Assembly: GCA_963815115.1 (NCBI GenBank)
Contig: CAWFFN010000009.1
Coordinates: 544,001 to 608,000, forward strand
From: an uncultured delta proteobacterium
Lineage (GTDB): Bacteria; Desulfobacterota; Binatia; DP-6
Direction: 5' to 3'
DNA: 64,000 nucleotides
The position numbers were made by a program, and so were the translations under genes. This document shows, piece by piece, positions 30,489-39,906 of this stretch. The notes under the pieces are model-generated. The model was not told where the DNA came from. It ran no database searches and was given only the letters and a program-made list of their open reading frames with translations. Each line of letters opens with the position of its first letter. The stretch's first letter is position 1.

Positions 30489-30965
30489 ATGCGAAGCCGT
30501 CTTCTCACGGGCGCCGTGGCAGGAGTACTGGGCATCACCGCCCTGGGTGGTGTTGCCGCGGCCGCGCCCGCTGGGCTCAAGCTGGTGGGGCTGCTGAACG
30601 GTCACGAAGAGGTGGACAGCGCGGGCAATCCGGACAACGGCGACCTCGGCGCCGCAGGGTATGTGGTCGCGACGGTCGATGGTGCCAAGCGGCAGGTGTG
30701 CGTCACCGAGTTCCAGACGGGCGGGATCACCGGAACGGTCTTCCTGTTCCACATCCACCAGGCGCCCGCCGGCCAGAACGGCAACATCGTCGTCGATTTC
30801 GTCCCGCTGCTGCCGTCCGGGATCGGCTGCGTCACCGTGAACGATCGCCGCCTGTTGAGCGACATCAAGCGAAGCCCGCAGAAGTTCTACTTCAACGTGC
30901 ACAGCATGCCGGACTTCCCGGGCGGGGCCATCCGGGGCCAGATCCGGCACCTGGCACGCAACTAG
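30489..30965 (+). CDS. Secreted CHRD-domain protein
   Basis: LNG.EEV, HIHQAPAGQNGNIVV, FYFNVHS..FPGGAIRGQ; GGAGG SD. Confidence 0.88.
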   Translation: MRSRLLTGAVAGVLGITALGGVAAAAPAGLKLVGLLNGHEEVDSAGNPDNGDLGAAGYVVATVDGAKRQVCVTEFQTGGITGTVFLFHIHQAPAGQNGNIVVDFVPLLPSGIGCVTVNDRRLLSDIKRSPQKFYFNVHSMPDFPGGAIRGQIRHLARN

Positions 30966-30966
30966 G

Positions 30967-32490
30967 TCATCCGACAGCGCCGGCGCTGCGCAGCGGGCGG
31001 CCGCTGGGGGCGGCCGGAGGAGTCACCGTTGCCCTGGTTGCACGGTGGCGGCTCGCAGCGCCGGTGCCTTCCCCCTCCCTGGCAGGCGTGAGTCCGGCGA
31101 CGGCGGCAAGCTCGGCGAGCCCGGTGTCCAGCCGGCCCGCGATGTCGTGCAGCAGGCCGCCGAGATCCCAGTCGGCGGCGATGCAGACGGACAGCCGACC
31201 GACGTAGCTCAGCAGGGCTATGCCGATCCCTTGCTGCTCGAAGAGCGGCAGGTGCGGGTGCACCTCGAGCATCCGCGATCCCGCGAGAAACAGCGGCACG
31301 CTCGGTCCGGGGACGTTGGTGACGATGAGGTTGTAGATGCGGGCCGATGCGATGAGCCGCGCGGCGGATTCGACCACGGCCCCGCCGGCCCAGTTCGCGG
31401 CCTCGGCGATCACCGAGCCACCGGCCGCCTGCCCGCCGCTCTTGAGCTCCTCCGTCGTGGCGTGAATGGTCTCGAACCGCGCGCGAGGGTCGGGATCGTT
31501 CACCGGAAGGGGGACGAGCCAGAGCGACACACGATTGCCCGGCGTGCCGAACTCCTCGGCGGTGCGGACGCTCACCGGGACCAGCGCGCGCAGCGGCCCC
31601 GCCGGGACGGCTTCGCCCGCGGCCCGGAGCGCCGTCCCGAGTGCGCCGCTCACCACGGTGAGCACGACGTCGTTCACGGTGCCGCCGAGACGACGGGCGG
31701 TCGCCTTCACGATCGCGAGGTCGAAATGGCGCCACGTGACCTCGCGGTGCGGCCCGATCGGACGATTGAAATACACCTCCGGAGCCGCGGACATGCCGGT
31801 GCGGAGGAGCCGCCAGAGACTTCGGCCGGCCGCGCCGACGCGGCTGGTCCCACCGAGAGGATCCGCGAGCACGCGGCGCACTGCGCGGCCGATCTCGACG
31901 GTTGCGCGCATTCGTCGCGCCGCCTCGTCGAGCAACAGCTCGCCGGAGGTGGGCGCCGGCCGGGGCTGCCACCCGACCGGCTCGTCGCGTGACGGCGTCG
32001 CATCGACGTCGAGGAGCGCCGCGAGCATGCCGATGCCCGCGATCCCGTCCACGATGCAGTGATGCACCTTCACCAGGAACGCGAAGGCACCATCCGCCAG
32101 GCCCTCGATGACCCACGCCTCCCAGAGAGGTCTCCTGCGGTCGAGCGGCCGCTCGAGAATCTCCGCGCAGCGTTGCTGCAGCTGCCTCGTCGAGCCGGGC
32201 TTCGGCAGGCTGGCGTGGCGGACGTGGTGTGCGACGTCGAAACGCTCGTCGTCGATCCAGAGCGCGTCCCGCGTGACCGGCAGGTACTGGAGCCGCTGCC
32301 GGAAGCGCGGCACGCCGGGCAGGCGCGCGGCCACGTGCTCCCGGATGGAGGCGATGTCGACGCCCCCGCCGCGGCGGGAGGACGGGCCGCGCTCGAAGAT
32401 GCCGGTGGCCGCCACGTGCATGTGGGCGTTGGGCGTCTCGAAGCCGAGAAAGCATTCGTCCAGTCCGGAGAGCCGCTCGTAGTTTCCCAT
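30967..32490 (-). CDS. Wax ester synthase / diacylglycerol acyltransferase (WS/DGAT)
   Basis: RLSGLD..FL..E, LDRRRPLWE, KVHHCIVDG catalytic motif, GTVNDVVL, TNVPGP. Confidence 0.93.
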   Translation of the reverse strand: MGNYERLSGLDECFLGFETPNAHMHVAATGIFERGPSSRRGGGVDIASIREHVAARLPGVPRFRQRLQYLPVTRDALWIDDERFDVAHHVRHASLPKPGSTRQLQQRCAEILERPLDRRRPLWEAWVIEGLADGAFAFLVKVHHCIVDGIAGIGMLAALLDVDATPSRDEPVGWQPRPAPTSGELLLDEAARRMRATVEIGRAVRRVLADPLGGTSRVGAAGRSLWRLLRTGMSAAPEVYFNRPIGPHREVTWRHFDLAIVKATARRLGGTVNDVVLTVVSGALGTALRAAGEAVPAGPLRALVPVSVRTAEEFGTPGNRVSLWLVPLPVNDPDPRARFETIHATTEELKSGGQAAGGSVIAEAANWAGGAVVESAARLIASARIYNLIVTNVPGPSVPLFLAGSRMLEVHPHLPLFEQQGIGIALLSYVGRLSVCIAADWDLGGLLHDIAGRLDTGLAELAAVAGLTPAREGEGTGAASRHRATRATVTPPAAPSGRPLRSAGAVG

Positions 32491-32671
32491 CGCGATCCCC
32501 GGAGGTCAGAGCAACGGTCGTGCCGCCGGCGCCGGGTTCCGGGCGGGTCCCGGCCCGCGGAAGGGTCTCCGGGCGCGACGAAAACGGGCACCGACTGCCC
32601 GATTTCCGGGCGTGCGCGCCTCCCCTGTTCTTGCGATCGACGGGCACGCATCCCGCGCCTATCTGGCAGTG

Positions 32672-33064
32672 ATGCGAACCATCACCGTTGCATTCGCCGT
32701 TCTGATCCTGGCCGCCACCCGTGCCGCGGGTGCGCCGACGGTTTACCGCGGCCCGCTCGCCGATCCGTTCTTCCAGCGCGAGGGACGACTGACGGCGCGC
32801 GTTCGGGTGAACGGCACGCAGCTCACCGCCGGGCTGCGCTGCCGGGGAGGAACGTGCCTCGTGCGCCGGGGCCGGATCACGGCCAGCTACGACGCTGCCG
32901 CCTCCTCCGTGGTCGGCACGCTGCGGGACATCCCGCGGGGGCGTACGTGCGACTTCCGCGGGTCGCTCTACCTGCGTTTCTTCCAGGGCGACGTCGACTG
33001 CGCCCCCGGACAGCTCCCGCAGCGTCCCGGCACGGTCGGCACGTTCTATCTCGAGAAGCCCTGA
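32672..33064 (+). CDS. Small secreted Cys-containing protein
   Basis: Signal peptide MRTITVAFAVLILAATRAAG; four Cys; typical codon usage. Confidence 0.6.
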   Translation: MRTITVAFAVLILAATRAAGAPTVYRGPLADPFFQREGRLTARVRVNGTQLTAGLRCRGGTCLVRRGRITASYDAAASSVVGTLRDIPRGRTCDFRGSLYLRFFQGDVDCAPGQLPQRPGTVGTFYLEKP

Positions 33065-33199
33065 GCGTGCGGCGGTGGGAGCAGATCGCGAGGGTCCGCC
33101 CCGCTGCGGGATGGCCCCCGGCACGTCGGTGGTGCAGGGCGATGGCCCCCCGGGAAGGCGGAGGCAGGGCGCCGAGGTGAGGCCTTCGGTCGAATTTCA

Positions 33200-33229
33200 T
33201 TGACGCCGCCCCGATGCGGGACCTACTCT
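33200..33229 (+). promoter_or_regulatory. Putative sigma70 promoter TTGACG-N18-TACTCT
   Basis: Close match to consensus in the 570-bp intergenic region upstream of 33636. Confidence 0.5.
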
Positions 33230-33240
33230 CGGGCGTTCCT

Positions 33241-33434
33241 TCAGGAGGGAGGTCTCGTGGCCAGCGGCTCGGCCTCGCGTCGCGTCCGGTTCCTCGTTGA
33301 GCCCTTCGCGTTCCGACCCGTTTCGGCGCCCCAGGCCCGCGGCGTGTTCCGCGAGCCTGCCGCTGCGACCCGCACGATCTTCAGGGCTCGCGGGCTGTCC
33401 CCGAGCACGATCGTGCCGACGTGTCCCTCCCTGA
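33241..33434 (+). ncRNA. Candidate structured RNA or long structured leader (~195 nt)
   Basis: Nested complementary segments TCAGGAGGGA/TCCCTCCCTGA, GCTCGG/CCGAGC, GAGCCCT/AGGGCTC, two apical hairpins; starts just after the promoter. Family not recognised. Confidence 0.3.
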
Positions 33435-33635
33435 CGCTGACAGCGGGTTTGAAGGCCCTTGCCGCAAGGGGTGGCGGAACGCTGCATCGCCGCTGGTCAC
33501 CCTTGTCTCGCCTTCGGAAGGAGAGAGCATGAGAGGTATCTGATCCTCGATGCCAGCGCACCGCCGGCGCCATCGTGACGCCGGCACGCAGTTAATCGAA
33601 GGACGCGTCACGCGCCCGAAGACAGGGGGGATCGC

Positions 33636-35807
33636 ATGAAAATTCTCCGCTTCGCCGTCGTCTTGCTTCTGGCAGCCCTGGTCCGCACCGCGGCTGCCCA
33701 ACCCATCCCGCCACCGCTGACCGCGACGATCGTCAACTTCGACGATATCGTCGGGGCGCCGGACAACGCGTTCGCGGTCGCTCCGGTGCTTCCGCCTGGC
33801 ATGTACGCCTCCCAGGGGGTCATCATCGCCGGCTTCGGGACGAACGGAGGGGCGGTGTTCAACCTGGCCACCAGCACCGGCGATGCGACGGCGTTCCTCT
33901 CGCCGCCCAACGCGCTGACGTTCGTCAGCATAACCGTCAACACCGCAGGGGGGCTGGTGCAGAGTCCGGAGACCCTGTCCTTCTACCCTGCGATCACGTC
34001 CTTCCAGTTCGACTCCTTCACGGCCGGCGTCGATTGCCAGGGGACCTCGATCGTGACCTCCCAGGGGTTCGATGCCGACGGCAACCTGCTCGGCACGGTC
34101 ACGCAGACGATCCCGGAGACGGGCACCACGGTGGCCCAGACCTTCCCGGCGCCCGGAGCCACGACGGTCGTCATCACGAGCAGCCATGCGTGCGGCTTCC
34201 CCCCCAGCCCCTTCGCCGGGCTCGAGCTCTTCACGATGGACAACATCGCCTTCGTGCCCGTGGGCACCGGCGCGCCGAGCAAGTGCGCGCAGGGCGAGAT
34301 CGACGCCGCCGGCAAGAAGGCCAAGGCCATCGCGAGCTGCTACTCCAAGGCACTCCAGAAGGGCCTCGAGGTCGATCAGAACTGCATCCAGAAGGCCGTC
34401 AACGCCTTCAACAGCGGCATCACCAAGTCGCAGGACAAGGGCGACTGCCTGGTCGGGGGCCGGCACGGTGACAACCAGGACGTCGGCGCGCTCGAGGCCG
34501 CCGTCGACAGCCTGATCGCGAGCAGCCTCCAGATCGTGACCGGCGGGCAGCCGGGACCCAGCATCTGCTTCGGTAAGAAGATGAGCTCGATCGGCAAGAA
34601 GGCCCAGGCCATCGCGAAGTGCTGGTCGAAGGCGGCGCAGAGCGGCGCGGGCTCCGACGAGGCGTGCGCCCAGAAGGCGGCCAGCTCGTTCAACGGGTCG
34701 CTCAAGACGTGCGGCACTCCGACCCAGCTCGCCCCGCTCGAGTTCCTGATCGACCAGTTCGGGACCGCCTTCTCCCGGAGCGTGACGGTGCCGACGACCA
34801 CCACGACCACGACGACCACGAGCACCACCACCACGACGGAGCCGCCGCCGCTCCCGACCCACCTGTCGTTCACCACGACGGTGGGCTCCGACTGCACCCA
34901 GGGCGGGGCGGGGCCGTTCTCCGGCCAGCTGTCCTCCGACACGGCCGGCACGATGCCGATCCTGTCCCTCGGTCTCGGCTGCCTCTATGTCGGCGCCGGC
35001 GCGTCGACGGAGCCGCCGTCCCTGATCCCCGAGAACGCCACCTCGATCCTCAACACGTCGGACGGCGTCAACCTCGTCGCCAGCCTCGGCACCAGCCGGG
35101 CGGATTGCACCACCGGCCCGCAGCCGACCCAGCACTGCGTCAACGACCCGTCGATCGAGTGCACGTCCGACGCCGACTGCGCCGGAGCCCCGGGCGGCTG
35201 CGCCCAGGATCCCACCTGCTTCTTCGGACCGCCCGTTCCGGTCAGCGGCTTCCCGACCACCTGCGTCGTCAACACGTTCGCGCAGGACGCGTCCGGCACG
35301 GTCGATCTCGCCACCGGCGACTCCTCCATCAGCATCAACCTCGGGTCGCGGGTCTTCCTGACTCTCGGGCAGCCGTCGGTGTGCCCGCAGTGCCAGGGCG
35401 GCTTCTGCAACTACGGCGACAACATCGGTCAGCCCTGCACCACGAGCAACGTGAACCAGACGAGCCTCGACTGCATGCCGGGTGCCGGAACCTTCGTGGC
35501 GACCTTGCCCGTCAACCTGACCCCGCTCATCAACGGCACCAACACCCAGACGGCCGCGGACGGGATCTTCTGTCCCGCCCAGGGCCAGACGAGTCCTGGT
35601 GCCTTCGGCCAGGCCGCCACGCAGGCGATCTCCCAGACGGGCGCGCCCGGTGGCGATCTCACGGATGGACTGCCGCATCCGTCCACCCTCGTGAGCATCT
35701 TCTGCATCCCGAAGACCAACAACCCGTCGGTCGACGGGATCGCGGATCTGCCCGGTCCGGGGACCATCAGCCTGCCCGGAAACGCGCAGTACGTCGTCGT
35801 TCCCTAG
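33636..35807 (+). CDS. Secreted modular Cys-rich protein (beta domain, Cys-helical repeats, Thr linker, C-terminal domain shared with 24353-26968)
   Basis: Signal peptide; KCAQGEIDAAGKKAKAIASCYSKA-type unit x2; CFFGPPVPV..TCVVNTF...VSIFCIPKT.N..VDG.ADLPGPGTISLPG. Confidence 0.82.
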   Translation: MKILRFAVVLLLAALVRTAAAQPIPPPLTATIVNFDDIVGAPDNAFAVAPVLPPGMYASQGVIIAGFGTNGGAVFNLATSTGDATAFLSPPNALTFVSITVNTAGGLVQSPETLSFYPAITSFQFDSFTAGVDCQGTSIVTSQGFDADGNLLGTVTQTIPETGTTVAQTFPAPGATTVVITSSHACGFPPSPFAGLELFTMDNIAFVPVGTGAPSKCAQGEIDAAGKKAKAIASCYSKALQKGLEVDQNCIQKAVNAFNSGITKSQDKGDCLVGGRHGDNQDVGALEAAVDSLIASSLQIVTGGQPGPSICFGKKMSSIGKKAQAIAKCWSKAAQSGAGSDEACAQKAASSFNGSLKTCGTPTQLAPLEFLIDQFGTAFSRSVTVPTTTTTTTTTSTTTTTEPPPLPTHLSFTTTVGSDCTQGGAGPFSGQLSSDTAGTMPILSLGLGCLYVGAGASTEPPSLIPENATSILNTSDGVNLVASLGTSRADCTTGPQPTQHCVNDPSIECTSDADCAGAPGGCAQDPTCFFGPPVPVSGFPTTCVVNTFAQDASGTVDLATGDSSISINLGSRVFLTLGQPSVCPQCQGGFCNYGDNIGQPCTTSNVNQTSLDCMPGAGTFVATLPVNLTPLINGTNTQTAADGIFCPAQGQTSPGAFGQAATQAISQTGAPGGDLTDGLPHPSTLVSIFCIPKTNNPSVDGIADLPGPGTISLPGNAQYVVVP

Positions 35808-35884
35808 CCTAGTCCCGTAGTGCGGACCTGCCGGCGCCGGTCATCCCGATCGGCGCCGGCGGGTTCGTGTAGCGTGCAGCGGTC

Positions 35885-36916
35885 CTACGCCGTTGCGATG
35901 CGGAGGACCGCACCGTCCGCCGTGCGCGCGGCATCCAGCACGAGAAAGCGGTCGTGCGTGCCGAGACAGCCCTCCCAGAGACCGCTCCACGCCGCGAACG
36001 TCGCCCCGGTCGCAGCAGGCACGTTCCGGAGAAGCCGCGGGTCGCTCCAGACCACGACGATCGAGTTGCCTTCCTGCGCCGTGGTCGCCGGAACGTCCTC
36101 GCCCGCCGCCATCGCCTCGAGGAAGCGCGCGAAACCGGTTGCGCCTTCCGCTGGCGTGGCGAGATCGCGCTGGACCTGGCGGTAGAGCTGGCGGCCGATG
36201 AGACGCGCGGCGAGCCGCGCCAGCGCCGCCCCCTCGTCGCCGAGATAGCGGAGCAGCTCCGTCAGGCCGTTGGCGAGGTAGTCCATGGCGTAGTTGCGAT
36301 GCGCGCGCGCCAGCCGCTCGGGAGTCCAGACGCTCGGGTCGAGGCGGGGGGCCCGCTCGGGATCGAAGCGAGCGGGGCGTTCGTCGGGACGGAAGCGCAG
36401 GCGCTCGTCGTCGCCGAGGTCGCGATGCTCCTCGATGAAGTAGCCGCTGAAGCCGTACTGCGCGGTCATGTCCTGGCTCGTGCACACGAACCCGAGACGC
36501 GGATTGCCGAGGCTCGGGCCGTTCTGCGCATACCAGCCGCGCAGGTAGCCGTGGCTGACGCTCTCCGGCACGCCGCACAACGCAGTGCCCTGGTAGATCC
36601 AGCGCGGATGCGGGAAGCGCACCCAGGCCTTGCGATCACTCTCCGGCATGTACTCGACCTCGACGCCGCCGATCCGGTTCGAGAGGTAGTGATAGCGGGC
36701 GCAGGCGACCGCGTGCGGCAGGTCGGCGAGACCGAGCTTCGCGAAGCTCGCGAGGAACTTGTCCTCGTGCTGGCGGCGGAAGGTCCGCCGCACCCATTCC
36801 CCGACGACGGTCTCGCCCTTGCGGCTCGCGACCATCAGGATCAGGCCGGTGAACCAGGCGTGGTACAGGCTCGCGACGGCGCCTCGGGCGCCGGCCGGCG
36901 CGGTCGGCTCGCTCAT
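35885..36916 (-). CDS. Hypothetical protein, no function recognised
   Basis: Well-formed ORF with strong codon bias (AVACARYHYLSNRIGGV.VEYM.ESDRKAWVRF..PRW; GWYA.NG.SLGNPRLGFVCT). Confidence 0.7.
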   Translation of the reverse strand: MSEPTAPAGARGAVASLYHAWFTGLILMVASRKGETVVGEWVRRTFRRQHEDKFLASFAKLGLADLPHAVACARYHYLSNRIGGVEVEYMPESDRKAWVRFPHPRWIYQGTALCGVPESVSHGYLRGWYAQNGPSLGNPRLGFVCTSQDMTAQYGFSGYFIEEHRDLGDDERLRFRPDERPARFDPERAPRLDPSVWTPERLARAHRNYAMDYLANGLTELLRYLGDEGAALARLAARLIGRQLYRQVQRDLATPAEGATGFARFLEAMAAGEDVPATTAQEGNSIVVVWSDPRLLRNVPAATGATFAAWSGLWEGCLGTHDRFLVLDAARTADGAVLRIATA

Positions 36917-37093
36917 GCCCGAGGGTGGATCGGCCGGGCCGTCGTGCGCAAGTCGAAGATCGGGCGAGGGTGCACGTGGAGGCGCCGCGGCCCCCTGGCC
37001 CGGTCGAGCCTGGGTGCGCGAAGAGCCTTCCCAAACCTGCCCGATCGGTGATGGATATCAGGCCGAGTCATCGGCCCTGGAAAGGGGACCCAC

Positions 37094-37591
37094 ATGAGAG
37101 CGAAGGTGACGCTCCTGACGGCAACCTTGCTGTTCGCCGTCGCCGCCCACGCCGCGACCGACCCGGCCGACCGCTGTACCGCGGCGAAGATCAAGGCCGC
37201 AGGGAAGAAGACCGAAAGCAAACTCAAGTGCCAAGCGACCGCCGCGCAGCGCCACATGTCCGTCGACCAGGCGTGCCTCATGAAAGCCGAGGAGAAATTT
37301 CACGCCGCCTGGATGAAGGCCGAGGCGAAGGGAGGGTGCGTGCACACGCAGGACGAGGGTGCGGTCGAAGCCAGCGTCGACGCCTGCGTCGGCAACGTGC
37401 TGGCGGCCGTCAGTCCGTGCGGTGTGGGGCCGGGCGGCGTATGCGGGGGCAGCTGTCCCTTCCCGCTGCGTTGCTTCGCCATCGGCACCGGCTGCTTCGG
37501 AGAACCCGAACCCTGCCGATGCCACAGCTCGACGACGACATGTCCCACCTCCACTTCGACCAGCTCGACGACGTCCACCACCGTGCCGTGA
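37094..37591 (+). CDS. Small secreted protein: one Cys-helical repeat, Cys-rich knot, Thr tail
   Basis: Signal peptide; CTAAKIKAAGKK....LKC...A; CL.KAEEKF..AW.KAEAKGGC; AAGGGG SD. Confidence 0.78.
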   Translation: MRAKVTLLTATLLFAVAAHAATDPADRCTAAKIKAAGKKTESKLKCQATAAQRHMSVDQACLMKAEEKFHAAWMKAEAKGGCVHTQDEGAVEASVDACVGNVLAAVSPCGVGPGGVCGGSCPFPLRCFAIGTGCFGEPEPCRCHSSTTTCPTSTSTSSTTSTTVP

Positions 37592-37655
37592 ACGGCGCGC
37601 GCGCACCGGCGGCCCGTTTGGCGACCGGGACGTTCCTCTGCCACCATGCCCCGGC

Positions 37656-38423
37656 ATGACGGCCACCGATCCGCAGCTCGCATACAAGGACGAAGCGTTC
37701 CTCGACGGTGCCGCAGCGCGTCCGCTTCGCATCCTCGCCGAGTATCTCCAGCCCCTGCACGCGTTCGAGCAGCAGTGCGTTCACGACACCATCGTGTTCT
37801 TCGGGTCCGCCCGGTTGCGCGCCGACGGACCCCTCGGGCGCTACTACACGGAGGCGCGCGAGCTGGCTCGCCTGGTGACCGAGTGGTCGCTCGGCATCCC
37901 GTCGCCGGCGCGCCGCTTCCTCGTCTGCACCGGCGGCGGAGGGAGCATCATGGAGGCCGCGAATCGCGGCGCGGTCGAGTCGGGCGGACGCACGATCGGG
38001 CTCAACATCGGCCTCCCGAACGAGCAGCGTCCGAACCCGTACATCACGCCCGGCCTCGGATTCGAGTTTCACTACTTCTTCATGCGCAAGCTCTGGTTCG
38101 CGCACCTCGCGCGCGCCATCGTCGTCTTCCCCGGCGGTTTCGGGACGCTCGACGAGCTGTTCGAGATCCTGACCCTCTGCCAGACCCGCAAGCTGGAGCG
38201 GCCGATCGTGACCCTGCTGTACGGGCCGGAGTACTGGCGCGAGATCGTGAATTTCCCGGCGCTCGTCCGCCACGGGATGATCTCGGAGGAGGACCTCGGC
38301 TTGCTCGACTTCGTCGACACGCCGGCGGAGGCGGTCGGCCGGCTTCGTGCCGCGCTGGGAAGCGAGGGCGCGACCGGGGCGCCGTCCTTCGCCCGCTCCC
38401 GGACCTGCGAGAGCGCGGGGTGA
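37656..38423 (+). CDS. LOG family (TIGR00730-like) nucleotide phosphoribohydrolase
   Basis: VFFGSAR, TGGGGSIMEAANRGA, FHYFFMRK, FPGGFGTLDELFE; start re-called at ATG 37656. Confidence 0.92.
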   Translation: MTATDPQLAYKDEAFLDGAAARPLRILAEYLQPLHAFEQQCVHDTIVFFGSARLRADGPLGRYYTEARELARLVTEWSLGIPSPARRFLVCTGGGGSIMEAANRGAVESGGRTIGLNIGLPNEQRPNPYITPGLGFEFHYFFMRKLWFAHLARAIVVFPGGFGTLDELFEILTLCQTRKLERPIVTLLYGPEYWREIVNFPALVRHGMISEEDLGLLDFVDTPAEAVGRLRAALGSEGATGAPSFARSRTCESAG

Positions 38424-39895
38424 AGGCGGCGTCCCGGGAATCCGAGCGCGCGCTGCTCCTGCGCGTTGCGCGACGGTCGATGATCGAGCACGGGCTGGAG
38501 CCCGACTTCCCGCCTGCCGCGCTGGCCGAGGCCGGGGCGCTGTCCGACGGCGCGGGCACCCGCGACGGCGCCGCTCGCGACCTGCGCAGCCTTCCCTGGT
38601 GCTCGATCGACAACGACGACTCCCGCGATCTGGACCAGCTCACCGTGGCGGACACCCCGTCCCGCGGCTGCACCACGATCCGCGTGGCGGTTGCCGACGT
38701 GAGCGCAACCGTGGCGCCGGGGTCGGCGCTCGACCGGCACGCCCGCACCAACACCACGTCGGTCTACACACCGCCCCGCAACTTCCCGATGCTACCCGAC
38801 CGGTTGAGCACCGACCTGACGTCGCTCAATCCAGCCGTGGACCGTCTCGCGGTGGTGGTGGAGATCGCGGTCGGCGACGACGGCGTCTGCGGTGATGCGC
38901 AGGTCTACCGCGCCCTCGTGCACAACCACGCGAAGCTCGCCTACCATGCCGTCGGGGCGTGGCTGGAGGGCGGTGGCGTCCTGCCGCCGGCGGTCGCGGC
39001 CGTTCCCGGTCTCGCGGAGAACCTGAAGCTCCAGGACGGGGTGGCGCAACGCCTGAAGGCACACCGGCACGATCACGGAGCGCTCGAGCTGGAGACCACG
39101 GAGGTGCGGGCGGAGTTCGAGGGCGACACCGTGAGCGGGCTCGCGGCCGAGAAGCCCAACCGCGCCAGGAATCTGATCGAGGACTTCATGATCGCGGCCA
39201 ACGGGAGCATCGCCCGCTTCCTCGAGGCGCAGCGGTTCCCCGTCCTGCGCCGGGTCGTGCGCTCGCCCCAGCGCTGGCAGCGCATCGTCGCCCTCGCGGG
39301 CGAGCTCGGCGAGCGGCTGCCGGGGGAGCCCGACGCGCCCGCGCTCGACGCGTTCCTCCTGAAGCGACGGGCGGCCGATCCGCTCCGCTTTCCCGATCTC
39401 TCGCTGACGATCATCAAGCTCCTCGGACGCGGCGAGTACATGGCGAGCTTCCCGGGCCAGGCCGTCGCCGGACACTTCGGCCTCGCCGTCAGCGAGTACA
39501 CGCACTCGACCGCCCCCAACCGGCGCTATCCGGATCTCGTGACCCAGCGTCTGGTCCGGGCGGTGCTCGCCCGGCAGCAGGTCCCGTACGGTCGGGACGA
39601 GCTCGGCGCCCTCGCCGCGGAGTGCACGACCAAGGAGGATGGCGCGCAGAAGGTGGAGCGCATGGTCAGGAAGGCCGCGGCCGCGTGTCTGCTGACCAGC
39701 CGGATCGGCCAGCAGTTCGACGGCGTCGTGACCGGCGCTTCGCCGAAGGGCACATGGGTTCGCGTCTTCGACCCGCCGGTGGAGGGTCGCGTCGAGCGCG
39801 GCGAGGAGGGGCTCGACGTGGGCGACCGCGTGCGCGTCCGGCTCGTGCACACGAATCCGGAGCGCGGCTTCATCGACTTCGTACGGGTCTTCTAG
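38420..39895 (+). CDS. RNB-domain exoribonuclease (RNase II/R-like) with C-terminal S1
   Basis: SIDNDDSRDLD acidic motif, LIEDFMIAAN, HFGLA..YTHSTAPNRRYPDL; GTGA overlap with LOG. Confidence 0.92.
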   Translation: MKAASRESERALLLRVARRSMIEHGLEPDFPPAALAEAGALSDGAGTRDGAARDLRSLPWCSIDNDDSRDLDQLTVADTPSRGCTTIRVAVADVSATVAPGSALDRHARTNTTSVYTPPRNFPMLPDRLSTDLTSLNPAVDRLAVVVEIAVGDDGVCGDAQVYRALVHNHAKLAYHAVGAWLEGGGVLPPAVAAVPGLAENLKLQDGVAQRLKAHRHDHGALELETTEVRAEFEGDTVSGLAAEKPNRARNLIEDFMIAANGSIARFLEAQRFPVLRRVVRSPQRWQRIVALAGELGERLPGEPDAPALDAFLLKRRAADPLRFPDLSLTIIKLLGRGEYMASFPGQAVAGHFGLAVSEYTHSTAPNRRYPDLVTQRLVRAVLARQQVPYGRDELGALAAECTTKEDGAQKVERMVRKAAAACLLTSRIGQQFDGVVTGASPKGTWVRVFDPPVEGRVERGEEGLDVGDRVRVRLVHTNPERGFIDFVRVF

Positions 39896-39906
39896 CTCGC
39901 CTCGCC

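Noticed and set aside
33200-33532. 110-aa ORF starting at TTG 33200
   Set aside because: Its start is the -35 hexamer; no motif and weak coding character.
33582-33597. CGGCACGCAGTTAATC as a further sigma54 promoter
   Set aside because: The -12 dinucleotide is AT rather than GC.
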